NCBI GenBank assembly: GCA_965222225.1
Contig: CBDCTK010000002.1
Location: 3,552,001-3,616,000 of the forward strand
Reading direction: 5' to 3'
DNA: 64,000 nt
From: Candidatus Poribacteria bacterium
Lineage (GTDB): Bacteria; Poribacteria; WGA-4E; JAJDTR01
Shown: piece by piece, positions 28,411 to 38,272 of the stretch
How positions within the stretch are numbered: position 1 is the stretch's first letter
Layout of the letters: every line of letters begins with the position of its first letter
Made by a program: the position numbers and the translations under genes
Notes under the pieces: model-generated
Database searches by the model: none
What the model was told of the DNA's origin: nothing
Seen by the model: the letters and a program-made list of their open reading frames with translations, nothing else

Positions 28411-31400
28411 GGGTCGCGTCACGCAACTGTTCAATTCGGCTTCGCACTTCGTCCGCAATTTTCCGGTAGATTTCTCGCTTGCTCGTTTTCGTCGCAGATT
28501 CTTCCGGGAAACCGGGAGCAACTGGTTCCCCGAAAACGACGCGAACCCTGCTTTTGCGCGGTAACGACTTGCCTTTGGGCAATGCTTCATAGGTGCCACT
28601 TACATGCGCGGGCACAATGGGTACACCAGCTTCGTATGCAAGCAAGCCGAGACCAAGCTTGAATGGCTGAAGTTCCCCGTTCAGTGAGCGGGTGCCTTCC
28701 GGATAGATGAGCAAGTTTTCGTTTCGGAGAAGCGCTTCTTGTGCAACGCGTAGGCTTTGGAGGGAATTATCCGTCCGATCGAACGGCAAGGTATTGAGAC
28801 ACTGGCTAACAAACCACGCTTTCAGTCGACTGTTGTAGAAATAGTCTCTTGCGCTAAGAGGACGTAATTTTCTTGATTCTACCCCTAGAGCGGTTATAAT
28901 CGCCGGAGTATCAAGGTGGCTGCTGTGATTTGCCGCGATTATGTACGGTGTTCCGGATGGGATGTACTCTAATCCATCGCACCGAAGCGAGAAGCGGTGA
29001 CGGAAAATCATCCGAATGCCGAAGCGAATGGGTTTAGCCAAATGACTCGGACGCGAGTCTAGTTCCCCATGCTCCGCGGCGATTGAGGAACCAAGAGAAG
29101 TATCGACGGCATCCGGTGTGATCTGTGAGTCTAACGTGCTGGCAACATCAATCACATCTCCGACTGTACGAATCCTCGCAGCGGCCTCGTCCGGCACCTG
29201 TTTACCTAGCTTGGATTCAAGTAGCAACAGCAGTTCAACGCGGGTCAACGAATCCAATCCGAGATCCGTGTCTAGGGCGCTATCCGCACGGATGCGATTT
29301 GGCGGAACGCGTGATAATCTCCCCAGCTCGCCGACAATTTGAGCTTCGCGGCTGCCTGGCTCCCACTCTCCGATAGTCGCATCTGTCGAGGTTTCTTCGG
29401 CGGACACAACCGGTTGAGCGGCGTCTGCCAATAATTGTTTGAATAGTAGCACCTTGACATGCGGACGGTCAATCGCGCCATCAGGAGTTTTGGGTAAATC
29501 CGCCTCCCAGAAATGCACCTTTTGGAGATACTGATGTGTGGGCAGGCTACGCGCGCATGTCTGCAGATGTTTCTGAATCGATTTTTGGACTTCAACCTGT
29601 GAGCGTTCCTCAGGGCAATTCGGCACAATCACAGTGTGAACTTCCTCACCAAACGAGTCCGGTAGGTCTATTCCGACGACACAAATCTCGGAGATATCGT
29701 GACTATGTCGATATAGCTCCTCAAGTTCGACCGGATAGACGTTTTTTCCCGTGCCGCCAATGATGACATCTTTTTTACGTCCCGTAAGAAAGAGATAGCC
29801 GTCTTCGTCAATGTAGCCGAGATCGCCGGTATAAAGCAACCCATTTTGGAGGACTTGCTGAGTCGCCTCTGGATTTCGGTAGTAGCCCGCCATCGTGCTC
29901 GGGCTCTTTGTCACAATCTCGCCAATGCCGTTGGCGTCCGGATCTACAATCTGAAACTCCACATCATTTACCGGCGGCCCGACGGAACCCGCTTTGCTCT
30001 TCCCGGCAGGATTCACGCTTAAAACGGGTGCTGTTTCCGTCATGCCGTAGCCTTCAAGGATTGTGAAACCGAAACGCTTGAACCCGTCGTAAACCTGACG
30101 AGGCAACGCCGCACCACCGCTCACAAAGACACGGATATGCCCTCCCAAAGCCTCCTTAACTTGCTCAATCACCCCTGAGCCAACTGCCTCGTCCGTTTCA
30201 ATCGGAGTTTGCAGGACATACCTTTCAATCGCGTCATAGAGCAATTTGTACAGGCGTGGAACCCCTATAATGGCAGTCGTTTCCGTTTTCCGCATGGACT
30301 CCAAGATTGCGGTTGGTTTGAATGTATTCACGTAGGTGACAGTGGCACCACCATAAATAGCCATCAGGAAACTGCAGGAGAACCCAAGGGCATGATATAG
30401 CGGTAGAATGGATAGGATATGGTCTGTTTCGGCTGGGGGCAGCACCTGTGCGACGGCGTGGAGGTTGGCGACAAAACCCTTGTGAGACAACATCGCGCCT
30501 CTCGGATCTACCGTCGTCCCCATTGTGAAGATGATTGAGGCAGTTGCCTCCGGATGGATGTCCACATGTGGAAAATCGTCAGGGATCTTATCAATCGGAG
30601 ACTCGACTTGCCTGGCGCCCGAAGGTCCGCAGAGCTGATTTAGGTTCAGCACGTCCAACTTTTCCTTCTCATCGGAGATAGAGCACAGTTGTTCAAAAAG
30701 TGTATCGGACGCGAGAATCCCTTTTGCTTCCGTAAAGTCGGCAAGCGCTATCACTTCGACTCTAGCAGTCTGTGGATCTATGGGCACAACAATGACACCG
30801 ATTTGGATAGCGGCTAGATAGGTGATTCCCCACTCGGGTTGATTTTCGGAGATGAGAATCATCTTATCGTCTTTGCGATAGCCGCGTTCCCATAATGTAA
30901 ACGCAATCTGTCGCGATAAGTCATAAAGTTGACGGTAGGAATACCGTATCCACTCCCCATCTCGTTCAATCTGCAAGGCGGTCTTATCCGAATACGCTTC
31001 TGCTTGTCGCACAACGAGATCCAAAATCGTTTGACAGTTTTGTATTGAACCCTTTTCGCGCGGACAAGCATCGTGACGTATGGCGTTTGAACGCTCAATT
31101 TCTTTGAGCATTTTCACCGACGGATCGGCACCCATTTTAAGAATGAATCGCTTAATTCCCGGAATATGGATATTCTGAAGATAGTGCTGCCAGTCGAATT
31201 GTGAGATATCAAGGCCGAAGCGACGCTGATCGGATGCGGTTAGCGATGCGAACAGTTGTCCAATCTTGGAGGTTTCAAACTCGAAGTTAAGGCGCGTATA
31301 CGGACCATAGATGCGAATGTAGTATTGAAGACCTTCTAGTGCATTTTGTATCACGGCGATACGACGGTTCCGCTGCCTCGACCATCTTAGCGGAATCAGA

Positions 31401-32728
31401 TCTAGCAGCTGGCTTGCGGCTTTGAGCGCCCCCAACTTCCGTGACAACTTGCGCTGAAATTCCTCAAGACCGGGATACTTCCATATGGGCGGTGGAATGG
31501 GCTTTCCACTATCCAGCATCGGATACTTGACGAAGTGGTCGTGGGAGGCGTCCACTATGTCTCGAAAATACAATGGGTTTTGGGAGCCGGTTGCCACATG
31601 GTAGACCTCAATTCCGCGCCTTTGATAGGTCTGCTTTGCCACGATTAAAATAGCGTTCACAACAAAGTCCACAGGGATGATATCAAGAATAATATCCGGC
31701 TCTGCAGGAAAATCGGGCAATCGTCCTTTTCCGAAACCAACGATAAGCGGATCCGCCATGCGTAACCCATCAAGCCAACCCGGTTGCGGGTCTTCAAGGC
31801 TACTCTCAATAATCGAAGGGCGGATGATTGCTACCGGCAAATCACCTCGCGTCTTGGCGACCATCTGCTCGCCAAGCGCTTTCATGTAGGTATACGTGTC
31901 ATTCCAGCCTCGTGACTGCGCTCGTTTCAACCCTTCATCGACCAAACGCTGTTCAATCCATTTCTCGCGAGTACTTTCATATTGCCGACGATAATCATCG
32001 CTACTTTCCTGTTCTGATCCTACCTGTTTCAATACCTCTCGCCGGAACTGGTCGTCTCGTGAAGATTCATCCGCTTCCGCTCTTATCTTTTCAGCAATTT
32101 GTAGAACTTCTTCGATTTCTGCTTCAAGCGAGTCAGGGATTTTTCCTCCCGATTCGTCAGCCATCTTCTGGGCATAAACTTCGTACGGTGGGTGTAGTTC
32201 CTCCGGGAATCTACCCGGCTTAGTTCCGCACACATAGGCGGTCGATACGTGAAGAAGCACGGCGTCATTACACCCTTGGACGAACTCAACGGCATGTTTT
32301 GCGCCTATTACATTGCTGTGCAGCGACATATCAATCGGCGGATCGAATTTAACTAGCCCGCCGCTGTTAATGAAGATATGCACTTCATTCTGTAGTTTCT
32401 GATAGATTCCGGTAGACATTCCGAGCCGCTCACAGTTTAAATCACCGTCTACAGCGTGCACCTTTTCACGAATCCAATTGTCGAACGCGTCGCCGTGGAT
32501 CCGCCTGAGTCTTGCAAAGACGCTCGACGTGAAGAACTCATCCTCTAAACGATTAGCGGCAGAACTCACTTTGCCATTGGGATTGGTTCGACTGCGGACG
32601 AGGAGGTAGATCCGCTTTATATCCGGCAGATCCGTGAGTATCTTGGCGACCACCGGCTTGCCCAAGAAGCCTGTAGCGCCCGTAATCAGGATAGTTTTGT
32701 TATGAAAAAACTCGGAGATGGTGTTCAA
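28403..32728 (-). CDS. Multidomain fatty acyl reductase - acyl-CoA synthetase - ACP - acyltransferase (ElbD-like ether-lipid enzyme)
   Basis: FAR: TGATGFLG, HVSTAYV, YTYMK, IIRPSII. ACS: EGYGMTETAP, YTGDLG, GRKKDVII. ACP: DLGLDSL. PlsC: NHSSHLD, YPEGTRS. Confidence 0.9.
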   Translation of the reverse strand: MNTISEFFHNKTILITGATGFLGKPVVAKILTDLPDIKRIYLLVRSRTNPNGKVSSAANRLEDEFFTSSVFARLRRIHGDAFDNWIREKVHAVDGDLNCERLGMSTGIYQKLQNEVHIFINSGGLVKFDPPIDMSLHSNVIGAKHAVEFVQGCNDAVLLHVSTAYVCGTKPGRFPEELHPPYEVYAQKMADESGGKIPDSLEAEIEEVLQIAEKIRAEADESSRDDQFRREVLKQVGSEQESSDDYRRQYESTREKWIEQRLVDEGLKRAQSRGWNDTYTYMKALGEQMVAKTRGDLPVAIIRPSIIESSLEDPQPGWLDGLRMADPLIVGFGKGRLPDFPAEPDIILDIIPVDFVVNAILIVAKQTYQRRGIEVYHVATGSQNPLYFRDIVDASHDHFVKYPMLDSGKPIPPPIWKYPGLEEFQRKLSRKLGALKAASQLLDLIPLRWSRQRNRRIAVIQNALEGLQYYIRIYGPYTRLNFEFETSKIGQLFASLTASDQRRFGLDISQFDWQHYLQNIHIPGIKRFILKMGADPSVKMLKEIERSNAIRHDACPREKGSIQNCQTILDLVVRQAEAYSDKTALQIERDGEWIRYSYRQLYDLSRQIAFTLWERGYRKDDKMILISENQPEWGITYLAAIQIGVIVVPIDPQTARVEVIALADFTEAKGILASDTLFEQLCSISDEKEKLDVLNLNQLCGPSGARQVESPIDKIPDDFPHVDIHPEATASIIFTMGTTVDPRGAMLSHKGFVANLHAVAQVLPPAETDHILSILPLYHALGFSCSFLMAIYGGATVTYVNTFKPTAILESMRKTETTAIIGVPRLYKLLYDAIERYVLQTPIETDEAVGSGVIEQVKEALGGHIRVFVSGGAALPRQVYDGFKRFGFTILEGYGMTETAPVLSVNPAGKSKAGSVGPPVNDVEFQIVDPDANGIGEIVTKSPSTMAGYYRNPEATQQVLQNGLLYTGDLGYIDEDGYLFLTGRKKDVIIGGTGKNVYPVELEELYRHSHDISEICVVGIDLPDSFGEEVHTVIVPNCPEERSQVEVQKSIQKHLQTCARSLPTHQYLQKVHFWEADLPKTPDGAIDRPHVKVLLFKQLLADAAQPVVSAEETSTDATIGEWEPGSREAQIVGELGRLSRVPPNRIRADSALDTDLGLDSLTRVELLLLLESKLGKQVPDEAAARIRTVGDVIDVASTLDSQITPDAVDTSLGSSIAAEHGELDSRPSHLAKPIRFGIRMIFRHRFSLRCDGLEYIPSGTPYIIAANHSSHLDTPAIITALGVESRKLRPLSARDYFYNSRLKAWFVSQCLNTLPFDRTDNSLQSLRVAQEALLRNENLLIYPEGTRSLNGELQPFKLGLGLLAYEAGVPIVPAHVSGTYEALPKGKSLPRKSRVRVVFGEPVAPGFPEESATKTSKREIYRKIADEVRSRIEQLRDATHE

Positions 32729-32990
32729 TTTAATCTACTCCTTGTATGAAACATCATTGGGGCAAGGAATGTGGCAATTACCCTAAATGGATTCCATAGT
32801 CAACACATTGTGCAATACCCCATGTGTTCCCCAAAATTCGGGTCGTCGCCGAAGATTGTTCCGCAATTGGCATTGATTGCGGACAAACATAGAGCGGAGA
32901 AAATTGGGTAAAAGATTAGTATAAGGGAATCGCTCGATTGGTGTCAATGCAAAACCAAATTGCGTCCGGAGGACACGCATCTGATCGTAG

Positions 32991-33042
32991 GATCAAGCGA
33001 ATGAATAGCGAGCGCGACAAAAATCCCGTGCCATAGAGCTCT
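32991..33042 (+). repeat. Dispersed modular repeat copy 4 (A+B+B)
   Basis: GATCAAGCGAATGAATA-GCGAGCGCGACAAAAATCCC-GTGCCATAGAGCTCT; preceded by GTAG. Confidence 0.7.
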
Positions 33043-33120
33043 TTACCCAGATTTGCGTTCCCTATATCCCCTGAACCGGACAGAGCAAAGACAATCTCAG
33101 TCAGGTACGCGGGATAATTC

Positions 33121-33149
33121 TTGAGTTCACTTTGGCGGTGCGATATAAT
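33121..33149 (+). promoter_or_regulatory. sigma70-type promoter of the CYTH gene
   Basis: TTGAGT-17 bp-TATAAT. Confidence 0.6.
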
Positions 33150-33243
33150 TGAATCGCTTGGGTATTAGATTCGGAGTGCAATGCGGGGTTGATGATACCC
33201 AAAGATAGGGATTAACTGCTAAATCGGGAGAACCGATTCGAAA

Positions 33244-33771
33244 ATGTCAGAGTTACCACACCGAAACCTAGAGTTTAAGGCGGAAGCCGAGTCGCTCGAG
33301 TTCCTACGTGCAAATCTTAAGGCACTTGAAGCGGAATGTTCAGGCAGGCTGTATCAGGTCGATACCTACTTTCATGTCCCAAAGGGGAGATTGAAACTGC
33401 GTGAAGTTGAAGATTACGGGGGGACACTGGTCTACTATGAACGCCCGGACGCGGCGGAATCGCGGTACAGCCACTACCAACTCTGTGATATTGCGAATCA
33501 CGCGACGTTCAAACAGATGATGTCTGATGTGCTTGGGGTGAAGGTGATTGTTGAGAAGAACCGTGAGTTATGGACCTACGGAAACACACGGATTCATCTG
33601 GATGAGGTTCTCAACCTCGGTGAGTTCGTTGAGTTGGAAACCGTGATTCGGGATCAGAGTGAAGCAGAGGCTCAAGCGGAACATAATCACCTCAAGGAAA
33701 CACTTCACATTGCGACCACCGACTTGATTCCGGTTTCGTATAGCGATCTGTTGCTGGGGAGCAACTCGTAA
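33244..33771 (+). CDS. CYTH-domain protein (class IV adenylate cyclase/triphosphatase)
   Basis: NLEFKA, QVDTYF, GRLKLRE, RIHLDEV.NLGEFVELE, SYSDLL. Confidence 0.92.
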   Translation: MSELPHRNLEFKAEAESLEFLRANLKALEAECSGRLYQVDTYFHVPKGRLKLREVEDYGGTLVYYERPDAAESRYSHYQLCDIANHATFKQMMSDVLGVKVIVEKNRELWTYGNTRIHLDEVLNLGEFVELETVIRDQSEAEAQAEHNHLKETLHIATTDLIPVSYSDLLLGSNS

Positions 33772-33854
33772 AATGGGTATTGTGACTTGGGGCTTATACC
33801 ATCTCTCTAAAATGACAGTGCATCAACGGCGTGAACTAAAGTCGGAATTTGGAG

Positions 33855-33925
33855 GAAATCTCTATCGTGCAGGGAACCCTATCGCCCGCACCATTCGTTC
33901 GGTTGATTCTATTCGGTCACTTGAA
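33855..33925 (-). repeat. Dispersed modular repeat copy 5 (A+A+B+B)
   Basis: Reverse complement TTCAAGTGACCGAATA-GAATCAACCGAACGAATG-GTGCGGGCGATAGGGTTCCC-TGCACGATAGAGATTTCC. Confidence 0.65.
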
Positions 33926-34009
33926 AGCAGTGCGCACCTTACAAACTTGCTACAATCTGAATTGCACGAGTCCTGCTCTCAGCGAAAAGCGATAGGCGTA
34001 ATTTGAATC

Positions 34010-34864
34010 TCACCCGTCAAATCGGTAAAAGCGAATCGCGTTTTCACGAAACAGTTTCTTCATTTCGTCTTCGGAACACCCATCCACCGCCCACGCCAAG
34101 GTTTCAACCCACTGTGGATAGTCGATTGCTTGCGTTGAAACTGGCCAATCCCCGCCGTAGGCGACGCGATCAAATCCGAAACACTCGATAACATGATCTA
34201 TATAGGGTTTCAGATCTGTCGGCTTCCAGGTCTCAAAATCTGCCGAGGTGGCAACGCCCGACACTTTGCAGAATACGTTAGGGAATTTTGATAACGTTTC
34301 GATTTCGCGCGCCCATGGCTGAAAAACCTCATTCTTAATGTCGGGTTTTCCGATGTGATCCAGCATGAATTGGGTGTCTGGACACTGCTGGACGAACTCA
34401 ATCACGTTGGCAAGTTGCGGTTGGACAATGCAAATGTCAAAGCTTAGTCCGTATTCCGCCAGCAGTCGGATGCCTTTGATGAAAGCGGGCTGTAAGCAGA
34501 AGTCGATGGATTCCGCCTGAATGAGGCGGCGGATGCCTTTGACCAATGGGTTTCCTGTCAGCTTCTCAAGTAAAGGTCGTACACCTTCCCCATTTTCCAG
34601 TGGCGCCGACGCCACGATTCCCTTAATTCGCGACTCATCCCCCACTAGGGACGTCACCCACTCAACCTCACTCATACGTTCGTCTGGATGGACATCGCAT
34701 TCGACAAAAACAAACGACTCGATACTGACAGATCCATAAGCAGCCCTAAAGTCATCCAAGAGATAAGGTTCACTTATAGCTGGAACTTCCCCAAGCCAAG
34801 GGTATCGCAGGCGTCCTGGATGCCATAGATGCACATGCGTGTCCACGATTGGAAAGCTAATCAC
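34010..34864 (-). CDS. Amidohydrolase_2 family sugar lactonase (L-fuconolactonase-like)
   Basis: IVDTHVHLW, KGIRRLIQ, LDHIGKP, CKVSG, YGGDWPV; GTG start after AGGAGG. Confidence 0.9.
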   Translation of the reverse strand: MISFPIVDTHVHLWHPGRLRYPWLGEVPAISEPYLLDDFRAAYGSVSIESFVFVECDVHPDERMSEVEWVTSLVGDESRIKGIVASAPLENGEGVRPLLEKLTGNPLVKGIRRLIQAESIDFCLQPAFIKGIRLLAEYGLSFDICIVQPQLANVIEFVQQCPDTQFMLDHIGKPDIKNEVFQPWAREIETLSKFPNVFCKVSGVATSADFETWKPTDLKPYIDHVIECFGFDRVAYGGDWPVSTQAIDYPQWVETLAWAVDGCSEDEMKKLFRENAIRFYRFDG

Positions 34865-34898
34865 GAATTCTAATGCCTCCTTTCCTGATGCAAAAGCG

Positions 34899-34927
34899 AG
34901 TCTATAGCAGGTGGAGGTTGATGTCAA
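34899..34927 (-). promoter_or_regulatory. sigma70-type promoter of the amidohydrolase gene
   Basis: TTGACA-17 bp-TAGACT on the minus strand. Confidence 0.65.
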
Positions 34928-35142
34928 TAGCAAATGCCAATTATTCTAGGCAATCGCATCTGATTACGCGGGATGTGAAAGAATGGTGGGAAGTAAAACA
35001 GGAAATCCGTGATTTGATGATTGCCGATCCCACCCTACAACTGACTTCAGTCAGGGCAACTTGCCAAGCCCCATCCCTACGTGCTATAATACCTTTTGCG
35101 TTTCGTTCACGTATTACTCGCCGAGCGGGGAGCCTTCGGATA

Positions 35143-36672
35143 TTGTCAATCACACCTTCCACAAAACTATGGGGCGGACGATTTAGCTCAGAGATAACGA
35201 CTGAAACCCAAGATTTCACTCAGTCTACTGATGTTGATTCACGTCTGGTCGCTTACGACATTTGGGGGAGTCAAGCACATGCCATCATGCTGGCGCGGGG
35301 TGAAATAATCTCCGATGAAGATCTCCGACAAATCTTAATTTGGCTCCGTAGGGCGGAAGAAGATTACGACAATGGCACCTTTGTCCTAAAACCCGAAAAG
35401 GAAGATGTCCACATGAATGTGGAATCTTACCTTATTGACGGCGCCGGCATTGAGTACGGTGGAAAACTTCACACGGCGCGTTCCCGCAACGATCAGGTGT
35501 TGGTTGACGCACATCTCTATATCCGCGAACAGATTCTCAGAACACAAACCGGACTGTCTCAACTTTGCCGTGCGTTTCTGAAAATTGCGTCGAATCATGC
35601 CGATACAGTGATGCCGGGCTACACGCACATGCAGCATGCCCAACCAATCAGCCTCGGGTTCTGGGCAACAGCATACGTCAGTATGCTTCTCCGCGACCTG
35701 AAGCGGTTGGATGCCGCTTTCCGGATCGCCAATATGAATCCGTTGGGTGCCTGCGCAATTGCCGGCACGTCTTTCGCTATTGATCGCCATCTAACCACGA
35801 AACTTCTCGGATTCGACACCGTTCATAAACATGCCTTGGATGTTATTAGCAGTCGGGACTTTATCGCAGAAACGTTATTTTCCCTGTCTCTGCTAATGAC
35901 GAACCTCTCAAGACTGGGAGAGGAGATAATTTACTGGACGACCCATGAATTTGGCATAGCTGTCCTTGACGACGCCTACGCAATGGGTAGTTCGATTATG
36001 CCTCAGAAGAAGAATCCGGATATCGCCGAGTTGGTTCGCGGACGTTGCGGACGTGTTTATGGTGAACTGCTAAATCTATTGACCAATCTCAAAGGGCTTC
36101 CGCTAGGTTATAATCGCGATCTTCAGGAGGACAAACCCCCGCTTTGGGACGCTTTTGACGTAGTGCAATCCTGCCTGGGCATCCTCCCCGGTTTACTTGA
36201 AACGACCCACTTCAACACCGATCGAATGGCGGAGCTCTGCAATGCAAACTTTGCAACAGCAACAGAATTGGCAAACTATCTGGTACGGGAGCATGGAATA
36301 GCGTTTCGTGAATGTCACGAAATTGTTGGAGGCATCGTTGGTGATTTGGTGAAAAAGGGGGCGACCTTCGACGATTTGGAAGAGACCCGGAAGCTACTAC
36401 AACTCAGAGGTGTCATCCTCTCAACGTCGCAGCTTCAAGGGGTTCTCGATTCCAAACTCGTACTTGGCTGCAACCTAAGTTTGGGCGGAACATCCCCTGC
36501 CGAGGTACAGCGAATGACATCTGAATTTGAAGCTGAACTGAGTGATGTCGATGCAGAAATTATGTTGCGCCAAGAACAAATTAACGTTGCATATAAACAG
36601 ACGCATCAGATTATTGAGGAAGTCATTGCAGGAAAAGCAATTTCAAAGGTCGATTCTCAGTGCTGGACGTGA
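35143..36672 (+). CDS. argH: Argininosuccinate lyase
   Basis: KLWGGRF, EDVHMNVE, HTARSRNDQV, MPGYTHMQHAQP, GSSIMPQKKNPD, YNRDLQEDK; start inferred at TTG 35143. Confidence 0.96.
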   Translation: MSITPSTKLWGGRFSSEITTETQDFTQSTDVDSRLVAYDIWGSQAHAIMLARGEIISDEDLRQILIWLRRAEEDYDNGTFVLKPEKEDVHMNVESYLIDGAGIEYGGKLHTARSRNDQVLVDAHLYIREQILRTQTGLSQLCRAFLKIASNHADTVMPGYTHMQHAQPISLGFWATAYVSMLLRDLKRLDAAFRIANMNPLGACAIAGTSFAIDRHLTTKLLGFDTVHKHALDVISSRDFIAETLFSLSLLMTNLSRLGEEIIYWTTHEFGIAVLDDAYAMGSSIMPQKKNPDIAELVRGRCGRVYGELLNLLTNLKGLPLGYNRDLQEDKPPLWDAFDVVQSCLGILPGLLETTHFNTDRMAELCNANFATATELANYLVREHGIAFRECHEIVGGIVGDLVKKGATFDDLEETRKLLQLRGVILSTSQLQGVLDSKLVLGCNLSLGGTSPAEVQRMTSEFEAELSDVDAEIMLRQEQINVAYKQTHQIIEEVIAGKAISKVDSQCWT

Positions 36673-36823
36673 GAATTGCGAGATCCGCACGGGAATCACG
36701 CCTCGGCGACCGTGGGCGAGCAACTCTCTCTACCGACCACTAGCCACGTGGCAATTGATTTACTTACCATGGCTTCCGATATCGGTTGCAAATTTTGAAA
36801 AAAACGGAATATAGGCACTTAAA

Positions 36824-37513
36824 ATGACTGACATATATTCAAAACTTCACGCTTGGATCGTCATTTGTATACTGATTTGCGGAAGTGGTCTTGCCGCTAA
36901 CGGTTCATCAAGCGAGAAACCGGAAAAGGGATTAGTGAAGTGGCAGAATAAATCGTACCACGGCAAGCGGACAGCCAGCGGTGAGAGGCACAACCACAGA
37001 GACTTTGTCGCGGCACATCCGACACTACCTTTTGACACTTATCTTCAGGTCGTGAATCCGAAGAACGGGAAAATGGCTATTGTTCGGGTCAATGACCGCT
37101 GTCCGCAAAGGAGCGACAGGTCACTTGTTGTCTCGTGGGGCGCAGCGAGATTACTCGGTATCCTCAAGCGCGGCGTCGCAGAGGTGCAAATCAGGGACGC
37201 AAAGACGCTTATAGGTTACGCCTCATGGTACGGCAAATATTTTCACGGGAAGAAAACGGCAAATGGCGAGGTGTATGACATGGACGCTATGACGGCAGCC
37301 TACAAAGAACTACCTTTCAACACGCGGGTGCGGGTGGTAAATCTGAGAACCGGAAAATCTGTCGTCGTCAGAATTAATGACCGAGGGCCATTTATCGAAG
37401 GACGGATTATCGATCTCTCGCGTCGAGCGGCGGGCAAACTCGGCATGTTCTTTACGGGCACGACAAAGGTTCGGGTTGAAATTTTGCCGCCGCTTAAAAA
37501 GACCGACAGCTAA
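36824..37513 (+). CDS. rlpA: RlpA-family lytic transglycosylase with two DPBB domains
   Basis: [17 protein letters not shown]...[15 protein letters not shown]; a second, degenerate copy lies N-terminal. Confidence 0.88.
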   Translation: MTDIYSKLHAWIVICILICGSGLAANGSSSEKPEKGLVKWQNKSYHGKRTASGERHNHRDFVAAHPTLPFDTYLQVVNPKNGKMAIVRVNDRCPQRSDRSLVVSWGAARLLGILKRGVAEVQIRDAKTLIGYASWYGKYFHGKKTANGEVYDMDAMTAAYKELPFNTRVRVVNLRTGKSVVVRINDRGPFIEGRIIDLSRRAAGKLGMFFTGTTKVRVEILPPLKKTDS

Positions 37514-37529
37514 GTTAAGGCGACGAAGT

Positions 37530-38255
37530 ATGTTCAAAGATAAGCTCATCGTCGCACTCGATTTCGACAACCTCCATACGGCGAATGACATCGTCAGCCA
37601 ACTTGGCGACCTCGTAACATGGTTCAAGATTGGCGGGCAACTTTTCACCACAACCGGTCCTGCCTCTGTTGAAACCTTCCGTGATTTGAGGAAAGAGATT
37701 TTCTTGGACCTCAAATTTCATGACATCCCGAACACAGTGGCTGGCGCCGTCGCCGCAGCGGCAAAAACGGGGGCAAACATGATAAACATGCACGCATCCG
37801 GTGGGCTTGAAATGATGCGCGCCGCGAGCGAATCAGCCAACACGCAAGCCAGCGAGCTGGAAATGCCAAGACCGCTGCTGCTCGGTTGTACGGTACTCAC
37901 CAGCATTGATGAAGGAAGTTTTCAGCGCGACTTCGACACAAAACGGAAACTGAGCGATCAGGTCGCCTATCTCGCGGAATTGTCCCAAAAAGCGGGATTG
38001 GATGGCGTAGTCGCGTCGCCGCTGGAGATTGAGGTTGTTCGCCGTGTCTGTGGCGAGCGGTTCCTGATTGTTACGCCCGGTGTTCGACCTCGGTGGGCGA
38101 CGGCGGGAGATCAACGTCGAGTTACAACACCGGCGGAAGCAATAGAGGCTGGAGCCGATCATATCGTTGTCGGGCGTCCCATCACAGGAGCTGATAATCC
38201 ACGCGAGGCGGCAAAAAATGTCCTACAGGAAATCCAATACTGTAGCGACCCGTGA
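37530..38255 (+). CDS. pyrF: Orotidine-5'-phosphate decarboxylase
   Basis: LIVALD, FLDLKFHDIPNTV, TVLTS, VTPGVRP, DQRRVTTP, VVGRPI. Confidence 0.98.
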   Translation: MFKDKLIVALDFDNLHTANDIVSQLGDLVTWFKIGGQLFTTTGPASVETFRDLRKEIFLDLKFHDIPNTVAGAVAAAAKTGANMINMHASGGLEMMRAASESANTQASELEMPRPLLLGCTVLTSIDEGSFQRDFDTKRKLSDQVAYLAELSQKAGLDGVVASPLEIEVVRRVCGERFLIVTPGVRPRWATAGDQRRVTTPAEAIEAGADHIVVGRPITGADNPREAAKNVLQEIQYCSDP

Positions 38256-38272
38256 CTCAGGGAGTGGCGCCA

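Noticed and set aside
34873-35142. N-terminal extension of argH (likewise pyrF 37377, HAD 28599, dacB 6616)
   Set aside because: Homology and RBS begin downstream, and the extensions overlap promoters or neighbouring genes.
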